Shown piece after piece: positions 11,356-21,939 of a stretch of DNA of 58,728 nucleotides (within the stretch, counting starts at the first letter, position 1; every line of letters starts with the position of its first letter). Where the stretch lies: the NCBI GenBank assembly GCA_963663405.2, contig CAXXSM010000164.1, forward strand, positions 1 to 58,728. Reading direction: 5' to 3'. Both the position numbers and the translations under genes were made by a program. The notes below the pieces were generated by a model. That model had not been told where the DNA came from. It ran no database searches and saw only the letters and a program-made list of their open reading frames with translations. The stretch comes from a bacterium (lineage in GTDB: Bacteria > Hinthialibacterota > Hinthialibacteria > Hinthialibacterales > Hinthialibacteraceae).

Positions 11356-11688
11356 TTGCTTGTTAGGGCTGTTTTTTTATCACCTCCTTGCGCCCGGGAA
11401 ATACTCGATCAAGGCGTATGTGAGAATCAACGCGTCGCCTGTTTCCGACTGGCCGTTCACCTAAAGCGAATCGGCCTTCCATTTGATATAGCGATGGTGG
11501 TCTTGAAAGTGTGGTCCCTGAAAAACCGGCCGGTCAATGGAAAGCAGAGAATTACAGATCATGAAATCAAATCCCAGACGCTATGGGCCTATGAAAAAGA
11601 GTATCGCGGTTACGGCTGCGGGGAGCCTGTCATCAAATCATTTTGTTCCAAAGGTTGTCCTTTGTTTCAAAGGACAAAATCCCAATAA
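11356..11688 (+). pseudogene. C-terminal fragment of a mobile-element primase (PriCT/PriL-CTD-like, Cys-rich)
   Basis: PPC..IL..GV.E.QR..CFRLAVHLKRIG..W..KN.P..YGC..FC..CP; N-terminus missing next to the IS end. Confidence 0.5.
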
Positions 11689-11708
11689 ACCGGAAAGGAA
11701 AAAGCATC

Positions 11709-11924
11709 ATGAAACCGAAAGTCAATCTCGTCAGTGTCTTTGAGAAGAAGCAGGATGAAAATGGCGATGGATATCATCGAGGCGCCTTGGATCCAGCTCT
11801 TTTCAAAAAAGCCAAAGAGGAAATCCATTTTCTCTTGATGAAGGGCTCCATGCTTCCAATTTCGCTGATCGGTGATGATCCAGGAGCGCAGGAGAATCTC
11901 TTCATGTTTGTGGAAGAGAAATAG
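11709..11924 (+). CDS. Small hypothetical protein (mobile-element module)
   Basis: AAGGAA RBS before ATG 11709; co-directional with the primase fragment. Confidence 0.5.
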   Translation: MKPKVNLVSVFEKKQDENGDGYHRGALDPALFKKAKEEIHFLLMKGSMLPISLIGDDPGAQENLFMFVEEK

Positions 11925-12202
11925 TAAATGAGTCATTCATACAAAAAGACAATTTGAATGACGTTCCATTCGCTGTACGGATTGGTTGAGAAAATCCAAG
12001 GGTGAGTATCTCCCAAACAGGAATTCAGAATTCTCAAACATATCTCTTTCGTTTTTTTCCCAGCGGTTCAGTGTCTATCGAGTCATCTTTCGAACCGCTG
12101 GGAAGAAACCATCGAAGGCAAGACAATGTGACGCGGATTACAAACCGTTATGGGATGAGATAAAGCAGACAAGAAGCAAGAAATTAGGAGTTTTGTAAGA
12201 TC

Positions 12203-12418
12203 ATGAACGAGAAATTGCTAACAAGCCGTGAAGTGGCCCAAATGCTTGGTCTTTCTGTCGCATGGTGCGAGTATCACAGATGGAAAGGTGACGGAATTCC
12301 CTTCCTGAAATTGGGTAGAGTCGTCAGATATCGTGAGGTGGATGTTTTGGCCTGGATAGAATCACATCCGAAAAGAAGAAACACTGCGATGAGTACCGAT
12401 GATGAAGGGGAAGCATGA
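12203..12418 (+). CDS. Excisionase/AlpA-like helix-turn-helix protein (HTH_17)
   Basis: LLTSREVAQMLGLS...R..G.GIPFLKLGRVVRYREVDVLAWI; AGGAG RBS. Confidence 0.85.
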   Translation: MNEKLLTSREVAQMLGLSVAWCEYHRWKGDGIPFLKLGRVVRYREVDVLAWIESHPKRRNTAMSTDDEGEA

Positions 12419-12695
12419 AACTGATTCCATCACTTATGGAAGTGCTATTTTTTTGATTTCCCTACCTTAAATTCAAAGAGAATGGAGGTGAATTGTTCTT
12501 TATTTGAAAATCCACAAAAAAAAAACTTGGCTATTTAATGGGTATAGTTACTTTAAATCAATCCTCACCTTTTTTTGTGCGATAATGCGTACCGGTCCGA
12601 TCAAACCGGAAGAGGGAAGATGCTTAAATCCCATGGGACCACGGGCATATCTAGAAAAGGGAGTGGTTCCCCTTCCATAATGGCTGATCAAATTA

Positions 12696-14679
12696 GCCTC
12701 TTCGCTATTTCATGTGGGTAGAGGGTAGAACCTCGAGAAGATTACATTCCAATTTTCCTCTGCCAAACAGATGGTTACGATCAACTTGTAGACGTTTCGA
12801 TATCTGTTAAGCGACAAGTATTTTGCAGTAGGATTGCCCTCCATCGATCCGTTTGCGGGTCTGGATTTTATCGAAGAAAAAAGAACCATATCTTTATGTG
12901 CCGCATGCTTGTGGAGTCTGTGGTCAGGCGCCTCAATAATCTTTCTCATTCCCCCTAATCTTTCGCAGGTGGCTGTCCAAATCTTGTGGGCAAACCGGCA
13001 GGAACTTTCTCTTCTCACCCAGAGTATCGGCGGTTTGTCCATAAGATGGCAGAATCCACAAGCCCTCACTCGTTCGGATTACTGATCATGAATCGCAGAC
13101 CGGAGAGACTCAGCCGGTTTCATCCGGTGTCTTTTGCTTAGTTTGGCGGCTTGCCTGCAGAAACGGGAACGATTCAAGCCGTATTACTATTTCGTGTGGG
13201 GCGAGGGAAGAACCTTGGGAAGATTGAATTCCAACTTGCTTCCAATCAAATAGATGGTAGTGATTAAATTGTTGACGTTGCGATAGCCTCTCGCACGGGC
13301 CTTGGCGGCTTGGATCAGGCTATTCATCCCCTCCAACAGACCATTGTTGATTCGCGAAGTAAACCAACGCACCACACCAGCCCAGTGCTCCTTGATCGTT
13401 TTCGCGGCCTTGATCATAGGCTCAATCCGGCCTGTGAGTCGCCCAATAATACCACTTTTTAAGAAACGATTCCCCCTCCTCCGGATCGTCGAACGAAAAC
13501 ACGTCTTGGAACACGGATCGCAGATGGTAGGCTTTCACCGTCTTCAATTTGCTCCCTCGTACATCTTGAAAAATTTCGTTCCGTTTCTTCTCTTGCTTGT
13601 CCGTGAGATTCCATTCATTCTTCAGCCAAATATACTTCGTCCCCTTCAATAATTCGGGATAAATCGCTTGGTCTTGTTTGCGCACTTCGTCCACAGCTTG
13701 ATTGATAATCCTCATCAGGTGGTATTCATCAAATGTCATTTCGGCGGCCGGGAAATTGGCTTCAATCCCGGATTGAAACGCCTGGGACATATCCAAACAA
13801 AATTCCTCCACCTGCTCCGCCTTTCCGTTATGCGTCTCTAAATCCTCTTTGAACGCCCCCACCGTTTGAGCGTCCTTTCCATCGGTGGCAAACATCACGC
13901 TGCGCTCGTCCAAATCCATGAATACGCTGACATAATTGTGCCCTTTGGCCTTTGAGGTCTCATCCACCCCCACCGCCTTCACTCCCGAAAAATCCTCCCT
14001 CTCTCGCGCGTCCATCACATAATGAGTCAGCACTCGCCAAATCAGCGTGTCATATTCTCCGACCACTCGGCTGATCGCATTGGCCGTCATCCCATTCTCC
14101 GCCAGTGCCATGACCAACGCTTCAAATAACAACGTAAATCCCGCCCCCGGACGGGCCCAGGGAAGATTCACTGTCTTGACTTTATGATTGGGACATTTCA
14201 CACGAGGTTGCCGGGCGTGTAAATACGTCTCATACTGAAAGAAATTCAGATGCCTCCAAGTGCGTCGTTTCGTATCATGCACTCCACACAGGTTCCCGCA
14301 TTCGGGACAGGGAAACAGACTCCCCTCGGGAAAGTCCAGCGTGAGGTGCAAGGTTTTTTCTTCCTCAGGAAACTCGGCCTGGACGACCTGCCATGGCTCA
14401 CTCAAACCTAACGCTAACCGGAATAATTCTTGGTTCTTCATTCTCTTCCTTCTCTCTCTCTCTCTCTCTTGGGATTGGGATCTTTGCCTTTAGCCTGGGC
14501 GGAGGATCGGACCTTGCGGGGACGCGAACTGAGTGCTGACCAAGAAGACTGTCGAAGGACGGTCTAGCACCGCCCTTCTTGTTAGTTTATCTCGTCGGGA
14601 TTGGTACGTAAGCGATATATCTTCGGGAGGATGGAGGAAAGCCTTCCCCAAATCTACCCACTCGATTCAGCGAAGAGCC
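12696..14679 (-). mobile_element. Complete ISL3-family insertion sequence
   Basis: Imperfect IRs GGCTCTTCGCTGAATCGAGTGGGTAG / GCCTCTTCGCTATTTCATGTGGGTAG; 8-bp direct repeat TCAAATTA at 12688-12695 and 14680-14687. Confidence 0.92.
13187..14441 (-). CDS. ISL3 transposase (frameshift near 13420)
   Basis: Zn ribbon CPECG..C, WRHLNFFQY, VGVDETS, LDMS, FDEYH, NGLLEGMNSLIQAAKARARGYR. Confidence 0.9.
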
Positions 14680-17600
14680 TCAAATTATTCGGGATCGAAG
14701 ACGGCTCTGATAACGCCGAGACGCGATTGATTAACGTATTTGTGACTAGCGCGGTTAGATGATTTGCGCCAGCTCGCGCTTTTCCAGTGATGTCGAGTGT
14801 TTGATCCCGCATCCAGCATACACCAACGGGGATTTCATTGATCTTGATTTCCACGATGTTCCCGACGGTTCCTGGATCGAGTCGCAGCAGTATATCATCG
14901 GCGATATACATCGCAGGAAGATTGAAATCAATCTCATACTGCCCCGTTCCACTGAAATTCCTTGTGACTGGATCTTCTGTCCAGGATTCCAGATGAGTGA
15001 CAGTTTTTTCCAACCGTGGAAAACCACGATCCTCCAGAACCATTTTCCATTGTCCCGTGACGGTGAATGGCGCAGGTAGGTTATCAACTATTGTGCTGTG
15101 CTGGGAAGTTACGTCGCCTTGAACCAAGGTTACATAGTGTGTGCCATTTTCAGACGCGATGGCTTCGACATGCAAGTCACTCAGCCCAGTGATCTCATCA
15201 AAATGGGTTTGCGTGGACAAAGCCTTCATCCTGTTTGTCGAAAAATAGAATAAACGTAGATTCATACGGTGATAGACAAAGAGGAATCGTTATACCTTCT
15301 TCTTTCAACTCGTAACACCAAATACGGGATACACCGCCTGTATAAGGATTCCACATCCACGGAGCCTTTCCTTTGACGCGAAAAGTAACGGGAATTCGGC
15401 TTGGTTTGTCTTGTATGTTCGAAACAAAATAGATATCGATATCGCCGTCTTTTCGATGTAGAAATGTAAGTCCATCATTTTCACAGATACTGTGCAACGC
15501 AAAGTCGATTCCAAAATCCGGAGGTATGTGTTTTCGTATGGCGTTCAGAAATGGATCGAACGCGCTGCTTTGCCGGTCGAGAACATCGCTGCGATCCATA
15601 ACCGTGTCGATCCGGATCGTATACCCCTCCCCGTAACGGGGAGGGCGGAACATCTCGTTGGCGATGGATTGCACTTCCTTGTCATTTTGCTCGTGACGCA
15701 AAAAACCAGTTGACCGGTTGGGGATTCTTTCCAACGCGATCACAACACCGCCAGCGCGGGCGTATTCCTTGATGAAACGTATAGTTTCTAAAGGCACAGA
15801 CTCGACACCCGGTAAGATGAGAATCGAGTATTCCAACTCATTCACTTTAATTTTGCCATCACTGATAACGGCGCGGTTTTGAAGGATATGATCATTGAGT
15901 AGATCAAAATCATATCCGTTGCTGATAAGAAGTTTCCCCAGTTCGCCCCAATCAAATTCGCGCGTCCACTTCCGGGCGTTTAAAACATCTAACGTCCATT
16001 GGTTAGCGAGAGGCGAGTACACTGCGATATCGGCAGTGAAATGGCCTTTCCGCAGTAAATATGAACACCGGGACACATAATCCGCAAGTAATGGATAGTA
16101 ATCCCACCAGCAATTGGTATGAGTAATCCGCGCGGCGAATGGGATTGATCGGGAGGGCGTCACATCCCGTTCGGGAGAGTAACTATAGCCATGATTGATA
16201 AAACGATTAGCGCCGGACCGGAAAAATCCATCACTGGCTATCTTTAGTTCTTCGAGTGTTGCGCGATACAGTTCCCAATGAATGTAGGTGTACGCTTCAA
16301 CCGCCACGACATTCCGTACATACAAATGCGCGCCCGAAGCGATATATTTTTTAGGCCCGATCCGCGTGTCAAACCAGGGCACAATATCTTTCTCCCCGGA
16401 GTGACTTCCATCATGGGCAGCGGCGCCAAACCGGCGGATTGGATAACATCTGTTGGAAATCCAATTGGTTCCATACTTCCCTTGATTCCATGCTTCTCAC
16501 ACCAGCCTAGAAATGGGTGGAAAAACGCCTCGAAGCCCATATGATGAAGAAGTTCACTGACGTCATAGCGAATGTATGGAGAGAGTTCTCCCACATCCCA
16601 CCAGATCGCAGGTAGATATTTCGTGAGATCGTAGCCATGATCGTTTTGAAAGTCATCTAAAAGAGAATTACTCCAGTAAATTCCATTCGGTAAATTGGCC
16701 AATTCAAAACTGTCACAATGAAACGCTTCCAGAGTCTTCCCGAATTCATCCCCAAACGCTTGAAAGAACTTGCCTCCAACATAGTCACAGTACTTTTGAA
16801 CAGCGGTTCTGCTGAAATGATCGAGGCTCCAGTGCTCTTCATGGCTTCGTTGGCCAGTATTATTCAACCAGAAAGCCATCACACGCCATTCTCCTTCCGG
16901 AGCCTTCCAGGTGAGCATGAAATCATCGTTTACACGTTCGGTCAGAATCGTCAAGGAAGATTCAACAATTGTATTTTGATCGATTCTTCTGCTACGACAG
17001 CAATTAATTTGTCATTGTCCGGTATATCTTCTACTCGTATTTCACCCCGGTGATCCGGCGCTTTTTTGAATCTAGGCAGCTGGATGGTAACCGATTTCGG
17101 GCCTTGGATATTCACAAATGTTGGAACCAGACTTTTACTGCGTTCTTCCCAAGGAAGCCAGGAACCGCCGAACGCCCATCCAGAACTGAAATTCAGATAG
17201 ACTTTCATATCCAAGCGTTTCGCGGTTTGGATGGCGTGCTCAATCATATCGAGATAGAGATCAGAAAGGTATTCAATATTGCCCTTTTCATACACTTTCG
17301 GCGCGGCGCTAGTAATCAACACACCGCCAATCCCTTTCTCACGCATCTGCTGCATTTCCCACGTAATTTCATCTTTAGTAACAGCATTCCCCGGCCACCA
17401 CCAATAGGTGTAGGGCCGGCAATCCATCGGTGGATTCAAGAATTCTTCTTCCCATTTCGCCAATACTCGATCATCAGCAGTATGCGCGGGAAAAACAAAT
17501 GAGATTACAAGCGAAAAAAGGAGAAATGAAAATTGGAACAGGTTGGTTATGCGATCATCCGGCATGAATTCAATCCCTTAAGTGTTTTTATTATTACCAA

Positions 17601-17801
17601 CTGAATTTTCAAGATCAATGTTCAATGAATAGCCTTGAGTATGAAGGATATTCATGACAAGATCAAGCAAATCCAAAGGCGTGGATGGTGGAGTTTCAAA
17701 GTGAATCTTGCTTATCCAGAGATTCAACTTGAATCAATTAATGCTCCAAAGAGAACAAAGGATTAAGGGATTTTAGAAGGAATTAGAGGGAAATTCTTTT
17801 A

Positions 17802-18048
17802 ATTCAAAACCTTATTAATAAAAATTTGATATTGTTTAGGTTTTCGTAAGTCTTTATTTTTCAACAAGCTGGCGGTGGGACTTGAACCCGCGACCTGCTG
17901 ATTACAAATTAGTATGTCCCATGTTTTATCTACCTTTAAATCCTTCTAATAAGGTTTAAAAATTCAATAAAAACGGATATAATTACCCCTAATGAGTTAG
18001 AAGGTCCGCCTTTGAACTTTTATTCAAAACCTTATTATAACCTTATTA
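17802..18048. repeat. Four AACCTTATTA motifs flanking the att core (putative integrase arm sites)
   Basis: ATTCAAAACCTTATTA at 17802 and 18022, AACCTTATTA at 18039, inverted TAATAAGGTT at about 17948. Confidence 0.55.
17867..17912 (-). other. 3' half of tRNA-Thr(TGT): integration (att) core, not an intact tRNA
   Basis: Minus strand TTTGTAATCAGCAGGTCGCGGGTTCAAGTCCCACCGCCAGCT = anticodon loop, T-arm and 3' acceptor strand; D-arm and 5' acceptor absent; about 140 bp from the integrase. Confidence 0.85.
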
Positions 18049-18053
18049 AAAAA

Positions 18054-19190
18054 ATGAAACTTACTAAATCGAAAGTTGAAGAAATTCCTCTTCAAGAGAA
18101 GGGGCAGCGGTTTTATTTTGATTCTCAATTGAAGGGATTCGGTGTCTGTGTTGGAAGGAAATCGAAGACATATATTGTACAACGCGATGTTGATGGGAAG
18201 ACCGTTCGTGTAACGGTTGGGCGGCACGGTGTTTTTACAACCGAACTCGCACGTAAAAAAGCCCAGGAAATCCTAGTGCGCATGGTTAATGGAGATGATC
18301 CGAGACAGGAAATAAAGCCGGATAATATCACCCTGAAAGATGCCTTTGATTCCTACCTTGAAACAAGAAAGCAGTTGAGTGCAAAAACGATTAATGACTA
18401 TACCCGTTCATTAAACCTTTACTTAAAAGATTGGATGAGAAAGACTCTTGAGAAAATAACCAAGGATATGGTCTTTGAAAGGCACAGGAAATTGGGAGAG
18501 ATCGGACACTCTACGGCGAATTTAGTTATGAGGATTCTCAGAGCTGTTTACAATCATGCTAAAGCGCTTAATGAAAACTTACCACCGAATCCAGTATCTC
18601 GTTTGGGACAGACAAGGGCGTGGTATCGAGTGGAGCGTAGAAGGAATATCATTAAAAATCATAATCTTCATGATTGGTATCAGGCTGTTATTAATCTCCC
18701 TAACCCAACAATAAGGGATTATCTGATTCTTCTCCTTTTCTCCGGGATGCGAAAGGGAGAAGCGGCCAAGTTGAAGTGGAAGGATGTGGACTTAAAAGAA
18801 AAGAAATTCGTGGTTCCAGAGACGAAGACACACGAACCGCTTGTCCTTCCATTGAGCGATTTTCTTTGGAATCTCCTAAACGTGCGTGAAATAGATGGGG
18901 AATTTGTTTTTCCCGGAACTGGGAAGACCGGTCATCTTGTTGAACCAAAAAAAGCGGTAAAGAAAGTAGTCGAAACTTCTGGTATTAATTTCATGATCCA
19001 TGACCTTCGGAGAACATTCATAAGCATTGCGGAAAGCCTTGATATCCCAGCCTATGCGCTAAAGCGTTTGCTGAACCATAAAATATCTGGGGATGTGACG
19101 GCTGGTTATATCATTACGGATGTTGAAAGGCTACGTGTACCAATGCAAAAAATAACAGATTTCATCGTTGACGCTGCGAAAATTCAATGA
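18054..19190 (+). CDS. P4-like tyrosine integrase with N-terminal arm-binding domain
   Basis: FDSQLKGFGVCV..KTY..VTVGRHG arm domain; catalytic SGMRKGE, TK, HDLRRTF, LLNH, TAGY. Confidence 0.95.
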   Translation: MKLTKSKVEEIPLQEKGQRFYFDSQLKGFGVCVGRKSKTYIVQRDVDGKTVRVTVGRHGVFTTELARKKAQEILVRMVNGDDPRQEIKPDNITLKDAFDSYLETRKQLSAKTINDYTRSLNLYLKDWMRKTLEKITKDMVFERHRKLGEIGHSTANLVMRILRAVYNHAKALNENLPPNPVSRLGQTRAWYRVERRRNIIKNHNLHDWYQAVINLPNPTIRDYLILLLFSGMRKGEAAKLKWKDVDLKEKKFVVPETKTHEPLVLPLSDFLWNLLNVREIDGEFVFPGTGKTGHLVEPKKAVKKVVETSGINFMIHDLRRTFISIAESLDIPAYALKRLLNHKISGDVTAGYIITDVERLRVPMQKITDFIVDAAKIQ

Positions 19191-19446
19191 ACTTAATCTA
19201 AAGTCGTATAGAAAAAATTCGGAATATATGAAGAATTCTTGGATGGAAGAGTACCTAAAGCGTTCTGTCGGACCTCAGTCACCGAACTCGATTGCCTCTT
19301 GTTTGCCGTGAGAATTTGAATCACTATTAATTGGAAAAGTAGAGTATGATGATATAAAGTCAATATCGTCAGGGTAGTAGCAGTGTACCGATTCCCCCAT
19401 AACAATCCAAGTTACTTCTACCTTCGGCATGTAAATTCAGGATAGG

Positions 19447-20607
19447 CTATCTTAGCGGTTTAATATCGCTAAGAATACGAGAGAACGAAATTGCTCGAAT
19501 CTTATCTGACAATAAGAATGTCTTCTCTCCTGCATGAATTACTTCGAGGTTTGTGAGTTTCAAATTACTCATTGCGCTTCGCATAGAGGGGGTTATTCGG
19601 GGTGCAGTAGTTCTTTTGATCTCAAATCCATACCGAGTGTTTCCACGAACGACGAGTAAATCAAGTTCGGCGCCCGCGTGTGTTGCCCAAAAAAAACATT
19701 CATCTCGTTCCACTCCGAGCTGCCATCGGATCTGTTCTATGACAAAGCCTTCCCAGGAAGCACCGATTTTTGGATGGCTCTCGAGATCGGTTTGAGTTCG
19801 TAGATTCAACAAGGTGTGTAACAGTCCACTGTCTGCCACATAGACCTTTGGCGCGCGAACTTGTCGTTTGGAAATGTTTTCGTACCATGGCTGTAACTGC
19901 CTTACGACGAGAGCGGCGGTAAGGCGGTCAAGATATCCTCGGACAGTTGTGTCAGCCACGCCGAAGGAACGGGCGAACTCGGAGGCATTCCATGTCTGCC
20001 CGTGATAATGCGCAAGCATGGTCCAAAATCGACGCATTGTATTGCTGCTTATATTGACGCCAAGTTGAGGAAGGTCTCTTTCCAAAAAGGTCTGTATAAA
20101 GTTACGCCGCCATTCGTGACTTTCTTTCAATGAACGTGCGAGATAGGAGCGAGGCATACCTCCGCGAAGCCAAAGACGATTGCAATGCTTAACACTCGTT
20201 TCTTCAAGGCATAATCCTCCCAATTCGTGGTAGGCAATTCGTCCCGCTAGTGTCTCCGAACCTTGACGCAGGAGTTCTGGAGATGCGCTGCCAAGCACTA
20301 AGAAACGCGCTTGGGTTTTTGGGCGGTCAGCAAGTACTCTCAAAACAGGAAACAGATTTGGGCACCGTTGAATCTCGTCGATTACTATCAAACCTTTTAA
20401 TTCTTTTAAGGCGAGCATTGGATCACTCAAACGCGCCAAGTCTTCAGGATTCTCAAGATCAAAAAAGGCAATTCCACGTTTCCGGCGCTCGGATATCATA
20501 CGCGCTAGAGTCGTTTTCCCTACCTGACGTGCTCCAACAATGCCAACAACGGGATGTCGCCTTAATAGATCCAGTACAGCTTTTTGCTCTTTTTCTCGTC
20601 CTATCAT
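19447..20607 (-). CDS. AAA_14 ATPase with DUF4143 domain
   Basis: GARQVGKTT, IVIDEIQ, LGSAS, ETLAGRI, RGGMP, PKVYVADSGLL, WEGFV, ELDL..FEIK. Confidence 0.9.
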   Translation of the reverse strand: MIGREKEQKAVLDLLRRHPVVGIVGARQVGKTTLARMISERRKRGIAFFDLENPEDLARLSDPMLALKELKGLIVIDEIQRCPNLFPVLRVLADRPKTQARFLVLGSASPELLRQGSETLAGRIAYHELGGLCLEETSVKHCNRLWLRGGMPRSYLARSLKESHEWRRNFIQTFLERDLPQLGVNISSNTMRRFWTMLAHYHGQTWNASEFARSFGVADTTVRGYLDRLTAALVVRQLQPWYENISKRQVRAPKVYVADSGLLHTLLNLRTQTDLESHPKIGASWEGFVIEQIRWQLGVERDECFFWATHAGAELDLLVVRGNTRYGFEIKRTTAPRITPSMRSAMSNLKLTNLEVIHAGEKTFLLSDKIRAISFSRILSDIKPLR

Positions 20608-20788
20608 GATATAAATATACCTAGATATCTCTGTTATGTCAACCGGATTTTCAAGGTAATATTAACCATGCTACGTACAGTCAAAATATTCATCCGAACT
20701 GTAATTTTCTATTATTGCATGATTAAGACTGGTTTTATTTTATCATGACAAGTACACCATTATGTATTATTTAATGCGGGGGATTACT

Positions 20789-21752
20789 TTATGGCTTCCA
20801 ACTCGCACGGCTGCCGTCGATAGCCATCTGATAGGTCAGAGATTCGATGCGCATCGCGTCCGTGCCGTCAGGGCGTATAATCCAGACCGGACGTTTGTCC
20901 GCAGGTTTGGTGTCATAGATCAGCTTCATGCGATCGGGATCGCTCCAATACCGCTCGTCGGTTTGACGGAAGGAAATCCACTTCCCATCCGGCGACCAAG
21001 CGGCCGGCGTATTGATCATTGTATAGCCGAAAGTCGTGAGCTGTCGGTTCCCTGTGCCGTCAGCGTTGATAATGAATAACTCGAGGGCTTCATCGACCGG
21101 GAACGAATAGACAATCTGCTTCGAGTCCGGTGACCAGTAAGGAAAGGTCGCCCCTACATGGCTTGTGCCTGACACCACCCGTCGCTTGTTATCACCATTC
21201 CAATCCATGACGTAAACCGTCACACCGCCTTCCGGCGGATGGCCGGTATAACAGATCCGTTTGCCATCGGGTGAAATAACACGGATCATGTCCATCACCC
21301 AGCATTTTCAAGCTCGTGCCATCGGGCCGGATGCTGGCCATCTCGGGTTTATCGCCATGCATGCCAAACACGATCAATTCACCCACAGGAGATTTCTGCC
21401 AGCTGGGCATATAAGTTACAGCAGGGGACATCAATAAGCCGTCGAACCTGCGAACCGTCCGCGTTGCTGATCCAGAGGTTCGGTGTCCCTTTTCGATCAG
21501 ACATAAAGCAAATCTGTTTCGCATCCGGCGACCAGCAGGGATACCGATCCTCCGAGTCTGGCGCACGGGTGACGTTAAACATATCGCCTGTGGTTGGATC
21601 GGCAATGAACACCTCGGTGTCGCCGGTGCGCACGGAAGTGATAAGCAGTTTATGGCCGAAAGATCAGCAGCGGTCACAGTACCGATCAATATCAGGAGCA
21701 GCAAGGTTGTTTTGATCATGAATTTCAATCCAATTCTTTGAATGTTCATCAT
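20789..21752 (-). CDS. TolB-like PD40 beta-propeller protein, frameshifted
   Basis: Signal peptide MIKTTLLLLILIG; repeats PCWSPDAKQICFMSDR, SPDGKRICY, PYWSPDSKQIVY, AAWSPDGKWISF across three frames. Confidence 0.75.
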
Positions 21753-21939
21753 CCGGGATTTCCCCCTTTGACACCATAATTTGCACTACTGCATACAACA
21801 CAGTCAACAACACCTAAATTTGGACCGTAATAAAACATTCATTGTACATATTGTAATTGTCAGATGTGAAGAGCACCTTGGCCTTATAATCCTCTTTCAC
21901 GAATATCAAGTATTCGCCAACATTTCAACGGTCATAAGG

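Larger units (their letters stand above)
12548..17565 (-). pseudogene. GH106-like (alpha-L-rhamnosidase family) glycoside hydrolase, frameshifted and interrupted by ISL3
   Basis: Signal peptide, FLNPP..RPYTYWWWPGNAV, GWAFGG, LDHFS, FHCDSFE, YVSRCSYLLRKG, GYDFDLLND, VTNTLINR. The frame resumes beyond the IS at 12695 as NLISHYG...LPSSGLIGPVRII..DLK* (stop 12548). Confidence 0.8.

Noticed and set aside
12575-12695. Hairpin-rich apparent intergenic stretch as a riboswitch or ncRNA
   Set aside because: It is the displaced in-frame 3' end of the GH106 gene (SGLIGPV).
17867-17912. Functional tRNA-Thr gene
   Set aside because: 5' acceptor strand and D-arm are absent; it is an att fragment.
18054-19190. 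Integron integrase serving the attC-like site
   Set aside because: It has a P4-type arm-binding N-terminus, sits at a tRNA att and shows no IntI-specific insertion.
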